This document shows, piece after piece, positions 11,753 through 23,115 of a stretch of 64,000 nucleotides of DNA. Made by a program: the position numbers and the translations under genes. Source of the stretch: Mytilus trossulus (Eukaryota). Position 1 is the first letter of the stretch, and every line of letters begins with the position of its first letter. The notes below the pieces were generated by a model. That model saw only the letters and a program-made list of their open reading frames with translations, had not been told where the DNA came from and did no database searches. The stretch lies in contig NC_086374.1 in the NCBI RefSeq assembly GCF_036588685.1, positions 17,732,001 to 17,796,000 on the forward strand. Reading direction: 5' to 3'.

Positions 11753-13800
11753 AAAAAATTATTTCCATGTAAAGTTTTGGCAATGTTATTACTTTGGAAA
11801 TATAAATTTTGTCCCAAATAGTCCCTAGGTTGATTACTTTGTGAATCACAATTTGTCCTTACTTGGTTGTCTGACGCTAATACATCAATAAGATTCGAAT
11901 GAGTAACAGTTTGAGTATTGTCCGGAGACGTATCTTGAAACCATTGATTTTCATAATCACATCTACTTTCTGAATCACTATGACTCTCATTTACAGTTCC
12001 ATAATTATTTATATAATATGAGTTGTGATGATCATAATAATATGGATATTGATGATAATAATTTTGGTAATCCCAATTATGTTGAGAATATTGATTTTCT
12101 GAGTTATCTTTCACATTTTGTTGATAAACATGATTTTGTGTATCCTTTAATTTATCATTGCTTTCAGTAATATTGTCAGATAATTTATCCAATTCATTTT
12201 CAATCTTGTCCACAATAAATTTTGTGACTTTATTCCTTACTTGTACCAGTAAATCTTCACTATTATCCCTATGACTATTTAAATTTCCAGATTCTGATTT
12301 TTCATTACGCAGGGAAGAGTTATTTTGATTTTCTTCCAATATAATAATTTTCCTATTCATTGTTTTTATGGTTTGTTCTAACTCTAAATTTCGGGCTTCA
12401 ATTTGGTGAAGATAATCAAGAAGCTTGGTTTTCTCTTTAAGTTTTTCATTCACTGACAACTCTTTTAATTTCAGACTTTCTTCTTTTTTCTTTAATTTTA
12501 GTTCTAATTGACGCAATTCTTTCTGTTTCAACACACTATTTTCATTATCCTTATCTTGATTTTCTTTAGATTTATCAGTAATGTTTTTGTCTACACAGAC
12601 TAAAGTTGGACGAGGTGAACTAACCTTCTTTACTGAAGTTTCAATATTCAAATGCAAATTTTCAGAATTTTGACTATGTGTTGCTTCACATCCTAGACAT
12701 ATTTTATTTTCTTTTCCCATACATTTTATGTGATAAGATTGATCACAGAATTCACAAATTTGTTCATCAGTATTTAACAACTCTAAACATAAGGCACAAG
12801 ACCTTGGAAATTCCTCCAATAAAAGAGATTGAGCAAAAGTTACTTTGGGTATTACTTGATCTTTATCTATATGTTTTACTGAAGTATCGGATTCTATTCC
12901 ATTTCCTTCTAAAAAAGATTCTTCATTAATCATGTTGACCAAAGGTAAGTTGATACTATCACATACTTGAGTATGAGTGGGAGAATTCACAGATAATACT
13001 TGCTTATCATCTATGGAGTCTATATCACAAATTGAACATATATAATGGTTTGTATCAGAATTATTCTCTAAAATGTTAATCATTTCACTTTTTAGTTTTT
13101 CGCAATTATAGTGTATCCAATGTTCACCCCTATTACACCAGACACTTCTAGATAAGCAATTTCTAGTACATTTAGGGCATACTTTAGGGTCCTTAATGTC
13201 ATTACTACCAGCGGCAGCATTTGTAACAGCTTTAGATTGACTAATCTTTGTATTATCCACTACAACTGACGGATTATGACCGTTATTAATTGATGATAAT
13301 AAAAAATCACATTGCTCTTTAATTTTGGTGTTGAGATGTTTATAGTCTACATCATTACTCATATGCGATGCAATTTTAGAAAATTCATCTATGAATGACA
13401 TAAATTGTTTCCCATTCACTTCAATACGACATGTTGTATTAAAAATGTTCACCCTATATAATTGCTTTGACGGATTACTAACGTCAGCAAATGAAATTGA
13501 CCTCTCAGATAATTTCTTTGATAAATCGAACCTTTCATGTACTGTTAGTTTTAAACTTTGGTTTGAGCTAAAATACTGGTCGAAGCATGTATTGAATTGC
13601 AAAAATGCAGCCGATGAAAACTGTATGATTAAATTCCCCCTTTTCAAAGTTGCTTGAATATCAATGTCTCTATTTGCAGCTTCCTTAATTTTATTCAAAG
13701 TTCTTTTCTCATTTAATACATAATTCTTAGTAGTTTGAATACTCTTGCTGGGTGTATATATTTTAGTTGGAACTAATTCTCTACTTGACCTTCTCGACAT
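11719..13800 (-). CDS. LINE ORF1 with two PHD-like fingers and a coiled coil
   Basis: CPKC..WC..HWIHYNC..CSIC and CALC..CEFC..HIKC..CLGC; K/E/L heptad region; 693 aa directly upstream of ORF2. Confidence 0.9.
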   Translation of the reverse strand: MSRRSSRELVPTKIYTPSKSIQTTKNYVLNEKRTLNKIKEAANRDIDIQATLKRGNLIIQFSSAAFLQFNTCFDQYFSSNQSLKLTVHERFDLSKKLSERSISFADVSNPSKQLYRVNIFNTTCRIEVNGKQFMSFIDEFSKIASHMSNDVDYKHLNTKIKEQCDFLLSSINNGHNPSVVVDNTKISQSKAVTNAAAGSNDIKDPKVCPKCTRNCLSRSVWCNRGEHWIHYNCEKLKSEMINILENNSDTNHYICSICDIDSIDDKQVLSVNSPTHTQVCDSINLPLVNMINEESFLEGNGIESDTSVKHIDKDQVIPKVTFAQSLLLEEFPRSCALCLELLNTDEQICEFCDQSYHIKCMGKENKICLGCEATHSQNSENLHLNIETSVKKVSSPRPTLVCVDKNITDKSKENQDKDNENSVLKQKELRQLELKLKKKEESLKLKELSVNEKLKEKTKLLDYLHQIEARNLELEQTIKTMNRKIIILEENQNNSSLRNEKSESGNLNSHRDNSEDLLVQVRNKVTKFIVDKIENELDKLSDNITESNDKLKDTQNHVYQQNVKDNSENQYSQHNWDYQNYYHQYPYYYDHHNSYYINNYGTVNESHSDSESRCDYENQWFQDTSPDNTQTVTHSNLIDVLASDNQVRTNCDSQSNQPRDYLGQNLYFQSNNIAKTLHGNNFLWKTSLSVQPT

Positions 13801-14563
13801 TTTGAATTTACTGTTGGTTGTATCTACTCAAAAACAAGTGATTTGGAAAAAATGTTTAAATAAAACAATTGTCTTTCTTAAAACTGTTCACTATATATTA
13901 AAAGTGTTCTATGTTTAAAAGGTAAAAGGACTGTTAATTAAAAACTTCTTTAAAATTTCTTCATAAAACCAAGATGGCGACTATGAATCGGCTATTTCTT
14001 TGTCTCGTGTATCTCATTTTCTTTCGAGAAATGGCAGTAAATGTATTTTCACTTTGCTAAAACATCATTCAGGGTTCTCATTGGCAATACAGGAAATAAA
14101 AGTTCACATTAAAACACTATCAAGTCTGTAAAAATCTGTAAAATCTGTAAAACTGGCTCTCAATAAATTACACAACCACCACCTTCAACCACCACACTAT
14201 AAGAATGTCAAAAGTAAATACGTGTTGACAAAAAAAAAGAAAGCACGTGTAAGTATAGTCATTCAAATTAGTCATGGGGAAATTGGCCGCCTACTCGTTT
14301 GTAAACCCACACGAAACAGTTTACAACATTAAAAACATTTAAAAACTAAAATGTTTAATGGTGATTTGTACATTATTATATACTCAACGATAATGAATAC
14401 TTAAATTTCAATTTATTTCAATTGTACTTTTGATATCGGCCGTCATGGAATGACTGATGATGGAAACCAGCTACCATATTTTAAATGTGTACTGTCTAAT
14501 TGACTTACTAATGCAATAACGTAGACAAAAAGCTACATAAAGGTCAAAGCTAAATGACTATTC

Positions 14564-15274
14564 CTAATAAGGTCTGTCTAGTGAACCTTTTAAGTTTATG
14601 AAGGGAGCAATCGGTGCCAATGCTTTAGTGACTTGATGGCTTTTTGCTTTTCCAGTTATACACCAAGTAACAAAATGTTCACAATTACTAGTGAGAATAT
14701 TATAAATAACACGCATTTCCTTCTGTAGTTTCAACAGCTTGTATGCACGATTTACCGTCTCACTTCTGTCTAATCGTCCATACCTATAACGGATCAATAT
14801 GATTTGGTCAAATTCGAAAGGCAGAATTTCCTCCTTAATTTCTGCCGGAAAGCCTGACGTTTTCTCACCAGTGAAGTGTACTACTTTATACGTCTGATTT
14901 TCTGGATACACATCTACAACTACGGCATGATGCGAATATAGCCCTCGTTTGTATTTGACATGGTCGCCCTTGTTTAGCTGGTGTATATTGTAGACTCGTT
15001 GATTGCTTGTTTTAAAGAAATGGTATGCGCCAATCAGTACTCCAGCCTGAAAAGTAGAATGAAATATTCAATCCAATACAATATATTTCACATATTATCG
15101 GCATTATGTGTTATGTTAGCAGCTGGGAATAGTATATCTAATATATATGTTCCTGGTTAGCAGCTATAAAAACATTTTAAAAAAATGGAAAATTTTATGC
15201 ATCGGTTCTACATATACAACAAAATATATTTGATGAAGAAAATAAAAACATACCCCTGTCACAACTGCTGCCAT
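14564..15274 (-). CDS. LRAT/PLAAT (permuted NlpC/P60) family protein, complement(join(14564..15046,15254..15274)), ~167 aa
   Basis: GDHV..YSHHAVV (H-box), VVHF and NCEHFVTWC (NC-box). Exon 1 MAAVVTG ends at GTATGT; acceptor TTTTCAG at 15047, phase 0; hydrophobic N-terminus. Confidence 0.85.
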
Positions 15275-18200
15275 TATCGACAGTATAAAACCTGCTAACT
15301 TTCTCTGGCATAAGGCCTATTTCTTTGGTAAATGCATGTCAGTATGATGTATACTCACGGGTAGTAACCTCGTCATATCGAGGAGCGTTTAGTACAGCCC
15401 CAGCAGGCACTCAACGTTGATTCAACGTTGAAACAAGGTTGTTTCTCAACGTTGAAACAATGTCAAATTTATGTTTGATTTTGAAAATTGGAATTAACGT
15501 TGTCATTTCAACGTTGAAGTTTCAACATCCATTCAACGTTGATTCAAGGTTGAATAGTAGTTGAAAGTATAATAATGAAATTTATAATAAAGCTACAAAC
15601 ACCACATTTTTTACCTGCTTTCCAAATGTTTGCTGTTGTTTGATGGTAAACAGGCAGTACGGGTGTACATGGTTTTTTTAATGTTTTTCCGTCTCACCAA
15701 TACACATATGAACAAAATAGATAAGTTAAATGAAAGACCTCTAAATAAATACATCAACTGTTACTTTAAACAACATTTGTTGCTTGTACAAAGTCAAAAA
15801 TCTAGACCATAAATGTCATATCTTAAAATCCTGTTGGCAGAAGGAATAGCTGAAATGATTGTGTGTGTCCAATTGTATTTAACGATAACTATAGACATAA
15901 TTATCTATTTAATTTATAAGTGAACAACTATCATTTTTGATATATTCTTACTTGTAGTTTTTCTTGTTGTGAATAGCTATAAAAAGACAAATCATTCAAT
16001 AAATTTGCACAGTTTGCATAAAAACTAAGACATGCACTTTATTCCCTGACACCACAGAAAGGAAAGAAGATGTTGAACAATTCTCACAAGTTCAAAGTAG
16101 TTTTTATTAAACGACCAACCAATGTTATTAAACTCTTCTTGAAAGTAGTATATATATCTAGGAAGAGTGAAGACATTATTAGATCCAATGTGTGTTCAGG
16201 ATGATCGCAATATTTACGAAAATAAGAAGATGCTGCATGACTGCTAACCAGACAACTACATGTATCCACAAAAAACAAAGGTCCTTGATTATATATACAT
16301 ATATGCTATATAAATTACCCTCCAATAAACCATTACATTAATACTTATTTACTCAGGAACAATAATATCAAAAATAGTAATACAATGATATTTCTTTTGA
16401 TACAAGATTTATTCTATAAATTCATTTGTTATATTTGTCTCTTTTTGTCCTAATTGCATGCCATCATTCTTCTACCACCTCGGGATCTTTCAGGGGTAGA
16501 TTTTAAGCAGGAGAGGTCTTTATCAGATATGTATTTCCAAGTGACATCTTTTTACTCTTGCAGTATATTTAAACTCTGGAAAAAATCAGATTATATATAT
16601 ATAATAAATATAAATTGTATGTCCTGAAAAGATATTTTAAATTTGAACCACTTTCAATTTGTTTCTAGAAGCATTGAAAATAAATAAAACCATACTGACG
16701 AGGCACATATTGTAATAAAATAATCATTAATAAAAATATATACATTAATGTTTACTATTAGCAGTTTTTTGTTAATGAAGAAGCTTCAACCTGAGTTTTG
16801 TAAGACTGCTGGTTTCACTGGTATGTTATTGATAACAATGAAAACACTTTACCTAAGTAAGACGTTTTTTTTTTTATTGATGACTGCACAATTCCATTAA
16901 CATAAAATAAAGGGCTTTACTAGAATAGCTTAGATATAAAGACAAACATAATATGGTATGTAAGGTAAACAAAATTAAAATAAACAAAAGAATAATCTTT
17001 GAACACAAATGGTATATAGCTATACAGACAAAAAACCTACCTTTCATGATTTTAAAGACTGAAATTCCCAAAACTGAATTCTAACTTTGCTCCACTTGAT
17101 GCCTTTTAGCCATTGATCTGTTTGACAAGCTTCTGTAAAATAAATAATACATGTTCATGATATCAGATAATGGACTACTATAACATTCAAAACCAGGTTA
17201 CATACACATTTATGTAAACATGCATTTCTCATATTACACAGTGTTAGAGATCACCTGAAGATCAGTAAAGGCTCAGACTGACTTGTTTTTGTGAAAATAA
17301 AACAATAAAAATATCAATTTTCCATGATTGTCCAGTTGAAATTCATTGTTTAATATGATCGTCAAAAAGTATGTGGTTTACCAAGCCTTCAAGTTAAATT
17401 AAAAGAATCGCATATATATAGTATAAAGTAAACATGTTGGGAAATTTACCTGAGCAAAATAATGTAAACACTTGCTTATCCCCCCTTTTTCTTTTATGAA
17501 TCTTTAAGCATAATAATTGTTACAATCTTTGCCTAAACTTTAAAATGAAACGAAAGATGCTTTCCACATTAAATGCTCTAAGAAATAGTATAGTTGGAGG
17601 AAATTATATATGATGGCCCTTCCATGTGTTCTGATCTGTTTTCAATGTTGACGTTATTATTTTCTCTAATTGTGCAATATGATACCAATATTCAGAGTTT
17701 CTAAACACAATTCATAAATATAACAAACCGTGATAGCCACATGCAAACATCTACATACCATAAATATACGTGATAAACGGGAAGTTTCTCTTTCGACTTC
17801 GTCCTTTGTTATTCTTTTTCAAATACAGGAAAGGTGCGTGTTTGAATAATGCGCATGGCCAATCTAACTTCCTGTTCAAATCCCGCGAAAATATGAATGA
17901 AAGAAATCGCGATCATTGTTGATAATCAACTATTTTAAATTTCTTTACATGTTATCTTTATGTTCAAATTAAAGTTATGTGAAATGAAATAAATAAATTA
18001 TATTTCTTATTCCCTAGAAATTTAGATTAAACGACTTACCCCCCCCCCCCTTTTTTCTCATACCGTCACGGTGACTCAAGTTGAAATAGTGACCAATAGT
18101 TAGTACTATACTGTTTTGTGAAACCCAAAACTCTTTTTCATTCTTTTCTTTATAAATATATACTTCTACAGTTATGCATATATTGCCTTCTGATAATGAT

Positions 18201-18599
18201 TTTTTTTATATAGGCTACTATATGAGTAAATACGTTAACGTTGATTCAATGTTGAACCAACGTTCCAATTACAACGTTGAAATGGTCAACGTTAATTCAC
18301 CTATCGCCGCCCCGCCCATAATAATTTATCGACCAATGAAATCGCAGATGCGCTCACGTATTTTTGTTGCTACAACAAGACTCAGACAAACAATGACGTC
18401 TGCCTGAAATTGTCTGAGTGTACAGTTTGGTCAATTATGGTAAAGCGCTGTTGTTACGGTGTTTGTAACACCGACAGTCGGTACGAGGATCGACTTCAGG
18501 ACGGTGTACGTTTTTTGCCATTTCCGAAGAAGTCAAACAACTTAGAAAAGTGTCTGAAATGGATAAAGGCCTGCGGAAGACCGCACTCACAGTTCAATG

Positions 18600-18718
18600 T
18601 AGTCCAAATAATTATGACGTCTTGAAAGGCTATTATATTTTTTTTCCTTGACGCCTTAGTCAGGCGTCATAGAAAAAAATTATAATAGCCTTTCAAGACG
18701 TCATAATTATTTGGACTA
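18600..18718. mobile_element. 119-bp palindromic MITE with 9-bp TSD (Academ- or MULE-like)
   Basis: TAGTCCAAATAATTATGACGTCTTGAAAGGCTATTATA inverted at both ends; TSD AGTTCAATG at 18591-18599 and 18719-18727. Confidence 0.92.
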
Positions 18719-21700
18719 AGTTCAATGTTGAACGGATAACGAGAGCAACTTACATTTGTTCAAAGGTATACTGAAACAAATCAAATACTTTAAATTGAAA
18801 GGATTCAACAGTATTCTTGTTTTAAATATAACCATTGATCAAAAATTGATGTCTTAGACCCCAAAACACAGCCTGTGACAGTCCATACCCCCCCCTTTTT
18901 TTGGTGTGCCTAAAGTCATAACATAAGTCATGCACAAACACGACCGACACATTAACTTTACACGAATATACATAAAAATAAATAAATTGTCAAGAGAATG
19001 GTTTCAAATATGTAAATGTAAGCATTTATTATACAGTAACAAAGTCCTTCCAACTGTCCAATGTATTTTCCAACCATGTTTAAGTTATCATCTTTGTATC
19101 TTCCTCCACTGTTTGGAAAACTTTTGTGTACACTACACATATTTAATTATGCCTTGCATACACAAGAGAGGGTAAGTCAATTAACAAAAGGAATTACTTG
19201 ATTCATGAATTTTTGAAAGCTATCTCTTTGCATAGAAGTATGTTCCTTTAGGATAAGGGGAACTGCCCTCACTTCTAGGTATACTTTCTTTCTTTTGCCC
19301 AAACTTTTGGTCTTTGTCTCGTAATATATTGAAAACCCTTTTTCTAGGAGCCGTGCTGGCGAAATTTTTCAGATATTTGGACTTAGTTTTTTTTTCTGGT
19401 GGGACAATTGGATTATTTAAGCTGGAAAGAAGTGTTCTTCGTCCTGGGGGTAGAATATTATGCATATATTTCCTGTGTTTGAGGGAGATATAAAGATTTG
19501 TTAACCCAAAAAAAATCATATTTCACGAGGGCATATGACTTTTCGAGGGTGAACTTATCTTCATATCTCCAACAGTCGAGGGAAATGAATGTTTTATTTG
19601 ACTGCCATTACTTTTTTTACTTCTGAACTTTAGATATTATATATGCACAGTTGTTTTCTTATCTGTTTTGCTTTAAAACCACATACACAATGATAATCAG
19701 TACTTAAAAGTGCACTATTTATTTACTCTTTTCTATTTGTTTTTTTTTTTAAACAAAATTACTATGTTATCTTTAAAACAAACACGATCAAAATATATTT
19801 CTATTATTGAAACATTTGCCATGGCAAACATCGCACAAGGCAATCCCAACGTTCAGTGCAGTAATAATTAGGCCATAGAAATGAAAGATATTTGTGAAAT
19901 ACACATTGTGATGAACAACTAATTGTCTAATTGGCACTTGAAGCAGTTTGACCCAAGGTTCCATGTTGAAGGTTTTACTATTACCTATAACTGTTTATGT
20001 TATATACTTTTGGTCCTTGATGGAGATTTTTCATTGATAATGAAAGAAAAATGTGTAAAAAGTCTGAACTGCATTTATGATCTGATAGAGTTCATTACAA
20101 GTTTAAATCATTAACGATTAAAAAATGTCTCATACATGTATTTTTGTATAAGTCTTTTTTTATACTGACTCATCCTACTGAATTGACAACAGGTTAATAC
20201 GGTAACTTTGTTATCAGAAAGACATAAAACCCTGTAAAAATTACATGTGTCAGAAAGACCCTCACTAGAACGCACATATTCTAGGTACACACACATTTTA
20301 TGATGTTGATTAATTGATTTAAAACAAATCTAAGCTGCTGTTTTATAATTTAACTGATAATCCTTCCAGTAAATACAGTGTACAATATTTTAGGTTCTCT
20401 ATTTCAGCATTTTGTTAACAAAAATGGGCCAACAGAAGAATATCCCGACCCGATACCATTTGATGGACGAACTCCAAAACCAGCAAGAAAAGTCCTCACC
20501 AAAAGAGTGATTGAAACCCCAAAAGCTGCACCAAACAGACAAGTGAAAAGAAAATTGATCTACAGGTAGATGCAAATTTTATGAAAATATGTCCCTTATA
20601 AATATAATAATTGGTCATAAATATGTAACCCATAAAAACCTTTTTTTTTTTCCCGTCATTCATTTTTATCAATACTGAACTATACAGTGACTTTATCCAT
20701 AAACCAAAATATAAAGCATTACAGGTTATGATTGTTTTTAAAAGGTGACATACATCTGGACTACATGTAACATCCATTTGTTTCCTTGTTTTCTTGCTTA
20801 ACATTTGTCATTTCGGGGCCTTTTACAGCTGATTATGTGGTATGAACTTTGCTTGTTGTTGATGGCTATACAGTGACCTACAGTCGTTAATTTTCTGTGT
20901 CATTTGGTTTCATGTACAGAGTTGTCTCATTGGAAATCAAACAAGATATTCCTATTTTATATCTTAAGTCTGGACAAGTCAATATTTCAAGAAACTATTA
21001 ACAGTAACAACAAACCCTAATTTATTTTAAATTAGAGCAGAAGTAAAAAGCAAATGCAGAAATATATGACACACTAGCTTTGCTTAAGAAATTACTGTAA
21101 ATAAAATAATATACAGGTACCTTTATCAATATTCATTATTTTTTTATGAAATGGCCCTCTCCTATTTCAAAGGTCTTTTACATATATCTTTCTTTTTTAA
21201 TTAGAAATCGCTTAAGATAATTTCACAAATTCGAGTTGTCTCCCTTTGACTAATTGTTTCTTGTTATTTCAGTGAAACATCAGAAATTCAAACAACAGAA
21301 ATAACACCAGATTCCAACAAAGAAAATATGTCACCAGATTTTAACAAAGAAAACACTGTTGCTATACAAACAGAAGGAGGATGTAAGTTGAAATGTGTGC
21401 CTAAGACTGATATTTGTACAGCAGAGGATGAAAATGATTACAAAAACAGTCCTTTTCAGGACTACTAAACTTTCTCAAAAAGATGTTTTCATTTGTTGAT
21501 GGTTCAATTTTTTGGTACACAAATGATAAATGACATAACACAAAGTTTGTGATCAGTACTGTTTATTAATACAGTTGTTAGTATGCAAGGTGATTCAATA
21601 ATATAAAATTGTGAGTTGAAATGGGGTATGCGTCAGAAAGACCACAATCCAACCAAGAAGCAGAAAACAGCATGTACAACAAACAAACACATTTTAATTT

Positions 21701-21841
21701 TGTTAAAAAAATCAATCTTGGTATAAAATAAGTGCTCTTTTATTGTCGACCTTGTATTAAACTTTGAAATAGTAGATTATTTTTTTTTAAAGTTTTCTCT
21801 AAATTTATTTATTGATATATCACTTTCAGAATTGAATTACT

Positions 21842-22572
21842 TTTAAGGTGGAACCTAACACTATTACTAAAATTGATTTGGCTCGTTTAATTTTCACAAA
21901 ATTTTGACAAAGTATTAACTTTGATCATCAATTGACAAAAATATAAAATTTCTAAAAATTTGAACCAACCATTTTACCAGAAATTTACACTGTTTACATA
22001 GCAGTTTGACAGACAGTAATTTTGATCATTGAGAAGCTTAATGTTTCCTTAACAATGCAAGTTAATTAAAACGTTTAGCTGATTTTACAGAGTTTTCTCC
22101 CTGCAGTGTTTGGTATGCTGAAAATTTTGATAAAGTAATAATCGTACAAATTAAAAAGAATGTTCTACATGAAGTCAGCAAGAGGAGGGATTCTTAAAAA
22201 ATGTCCAAGGCTTAAAAATAAGAAGGGGTTCTTTGACAAACCATTTATATGTACTATACATGTATATACCAAAATGACACCAATTTAGGTGTCCACCAAC
22301 ACTTGGACTTAAATTAATTTGGCTCGTTTAATTTTCATAAATTTGTTTACAAAATATTTATTTTGATCCTTTGAAAAAAATATAAAAATTTCAAAAAACT
22401 TGAACCAATCTCTTGAGAAAAAAATTGTAAGAGATATAGTAGTTTGACAAACACTATTTCTGATAATTAAAAAGCTTTATATTTCATTAACAATGCAAGG
22501 TGATTAAAACATCTAGGTGATATCACAGATTTAATCCCCTGAACTTAAATAAGTGTTAGGTACAACTTTAAC
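21842..22572. repeat. Two degenerate copies of a ~260-bp MITE-like repeat (~21842-22115, ~22300-22572)
   Basis: Both share atttggctcgtttaattttca...tgaaccaa...gtttgaca...aagctt...aacaatgcaag; ttaaggtggaacctaacac and gtgttaggtacaacttta form inverted ends. Confidence 0.6.
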
Positions 22573-23115
22573 TTCCAATATAATAATTAAAAATTATGCT
22601 TTTAACATCCTGCAAACAGTTTTTTTTTCCTTGTCAAATTTTCGAACTTCTTGCGTTTCCCCTAGCTAAGACATAGGGTTAAATATTTTGCCCCATCACA
22701 CACTTTTCTTTTTATAGAAATATTTAAATGATCATTTACAAAATATAAGCAAACTGAAGATTTCTTTTCTTACAATTTGTGACCCAAATAATACAAAAGC
22801 CAAATATATAAGGTAAAAGTCTGAAAAATCCTTTCCCTGCCATTTCCTTAACATCAAATATCTTGATAAGGAGTTCTTTGCATTAAACCTATAAAATTTT
22901 CCAATTATATATTTATTCCTAAAGTAATGCTTTTCTGATTCATTTTATCATTTATATAAGTTGTACATTTTTTTTATTTCACCTAAAACATTGTAATATA
23001 TAAATAAGAATGTGATATGAATGCCAATGACACAACTAGTATTCTTATAAATGATTTTTTTTGTCAAACATGAAATGAATTAACCTGCAAGAAACTTCTT
23101 ACACACTGAATAAAA

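Larger units (their letters stand above)
7956..14161 (-). mobile_element. Full-length non-LTR retrotransposon (LINE, RTEX/CR1-group-like)
   Basis: Two intact ORFs in tandem. Ends approximate: putative 3' end near ...GGAAGAGGTGTGCCTACATTGGCAGAATATATATT, 5' UTR to ~14160. TSD not firmly identified. Confidence 0.85.

Noticed and set aside
8361-13657. Plus-strand ORFs over the LINE
   Set aside because: Antisense shadows of the two long ORFs.
14121-14161. AATCTGTAA as LINE TSD (also at ~7950)
   Set aside because: It occurs as a short local tandem repeat, so the boundary is ambiguous; LINE ends are left approximate.
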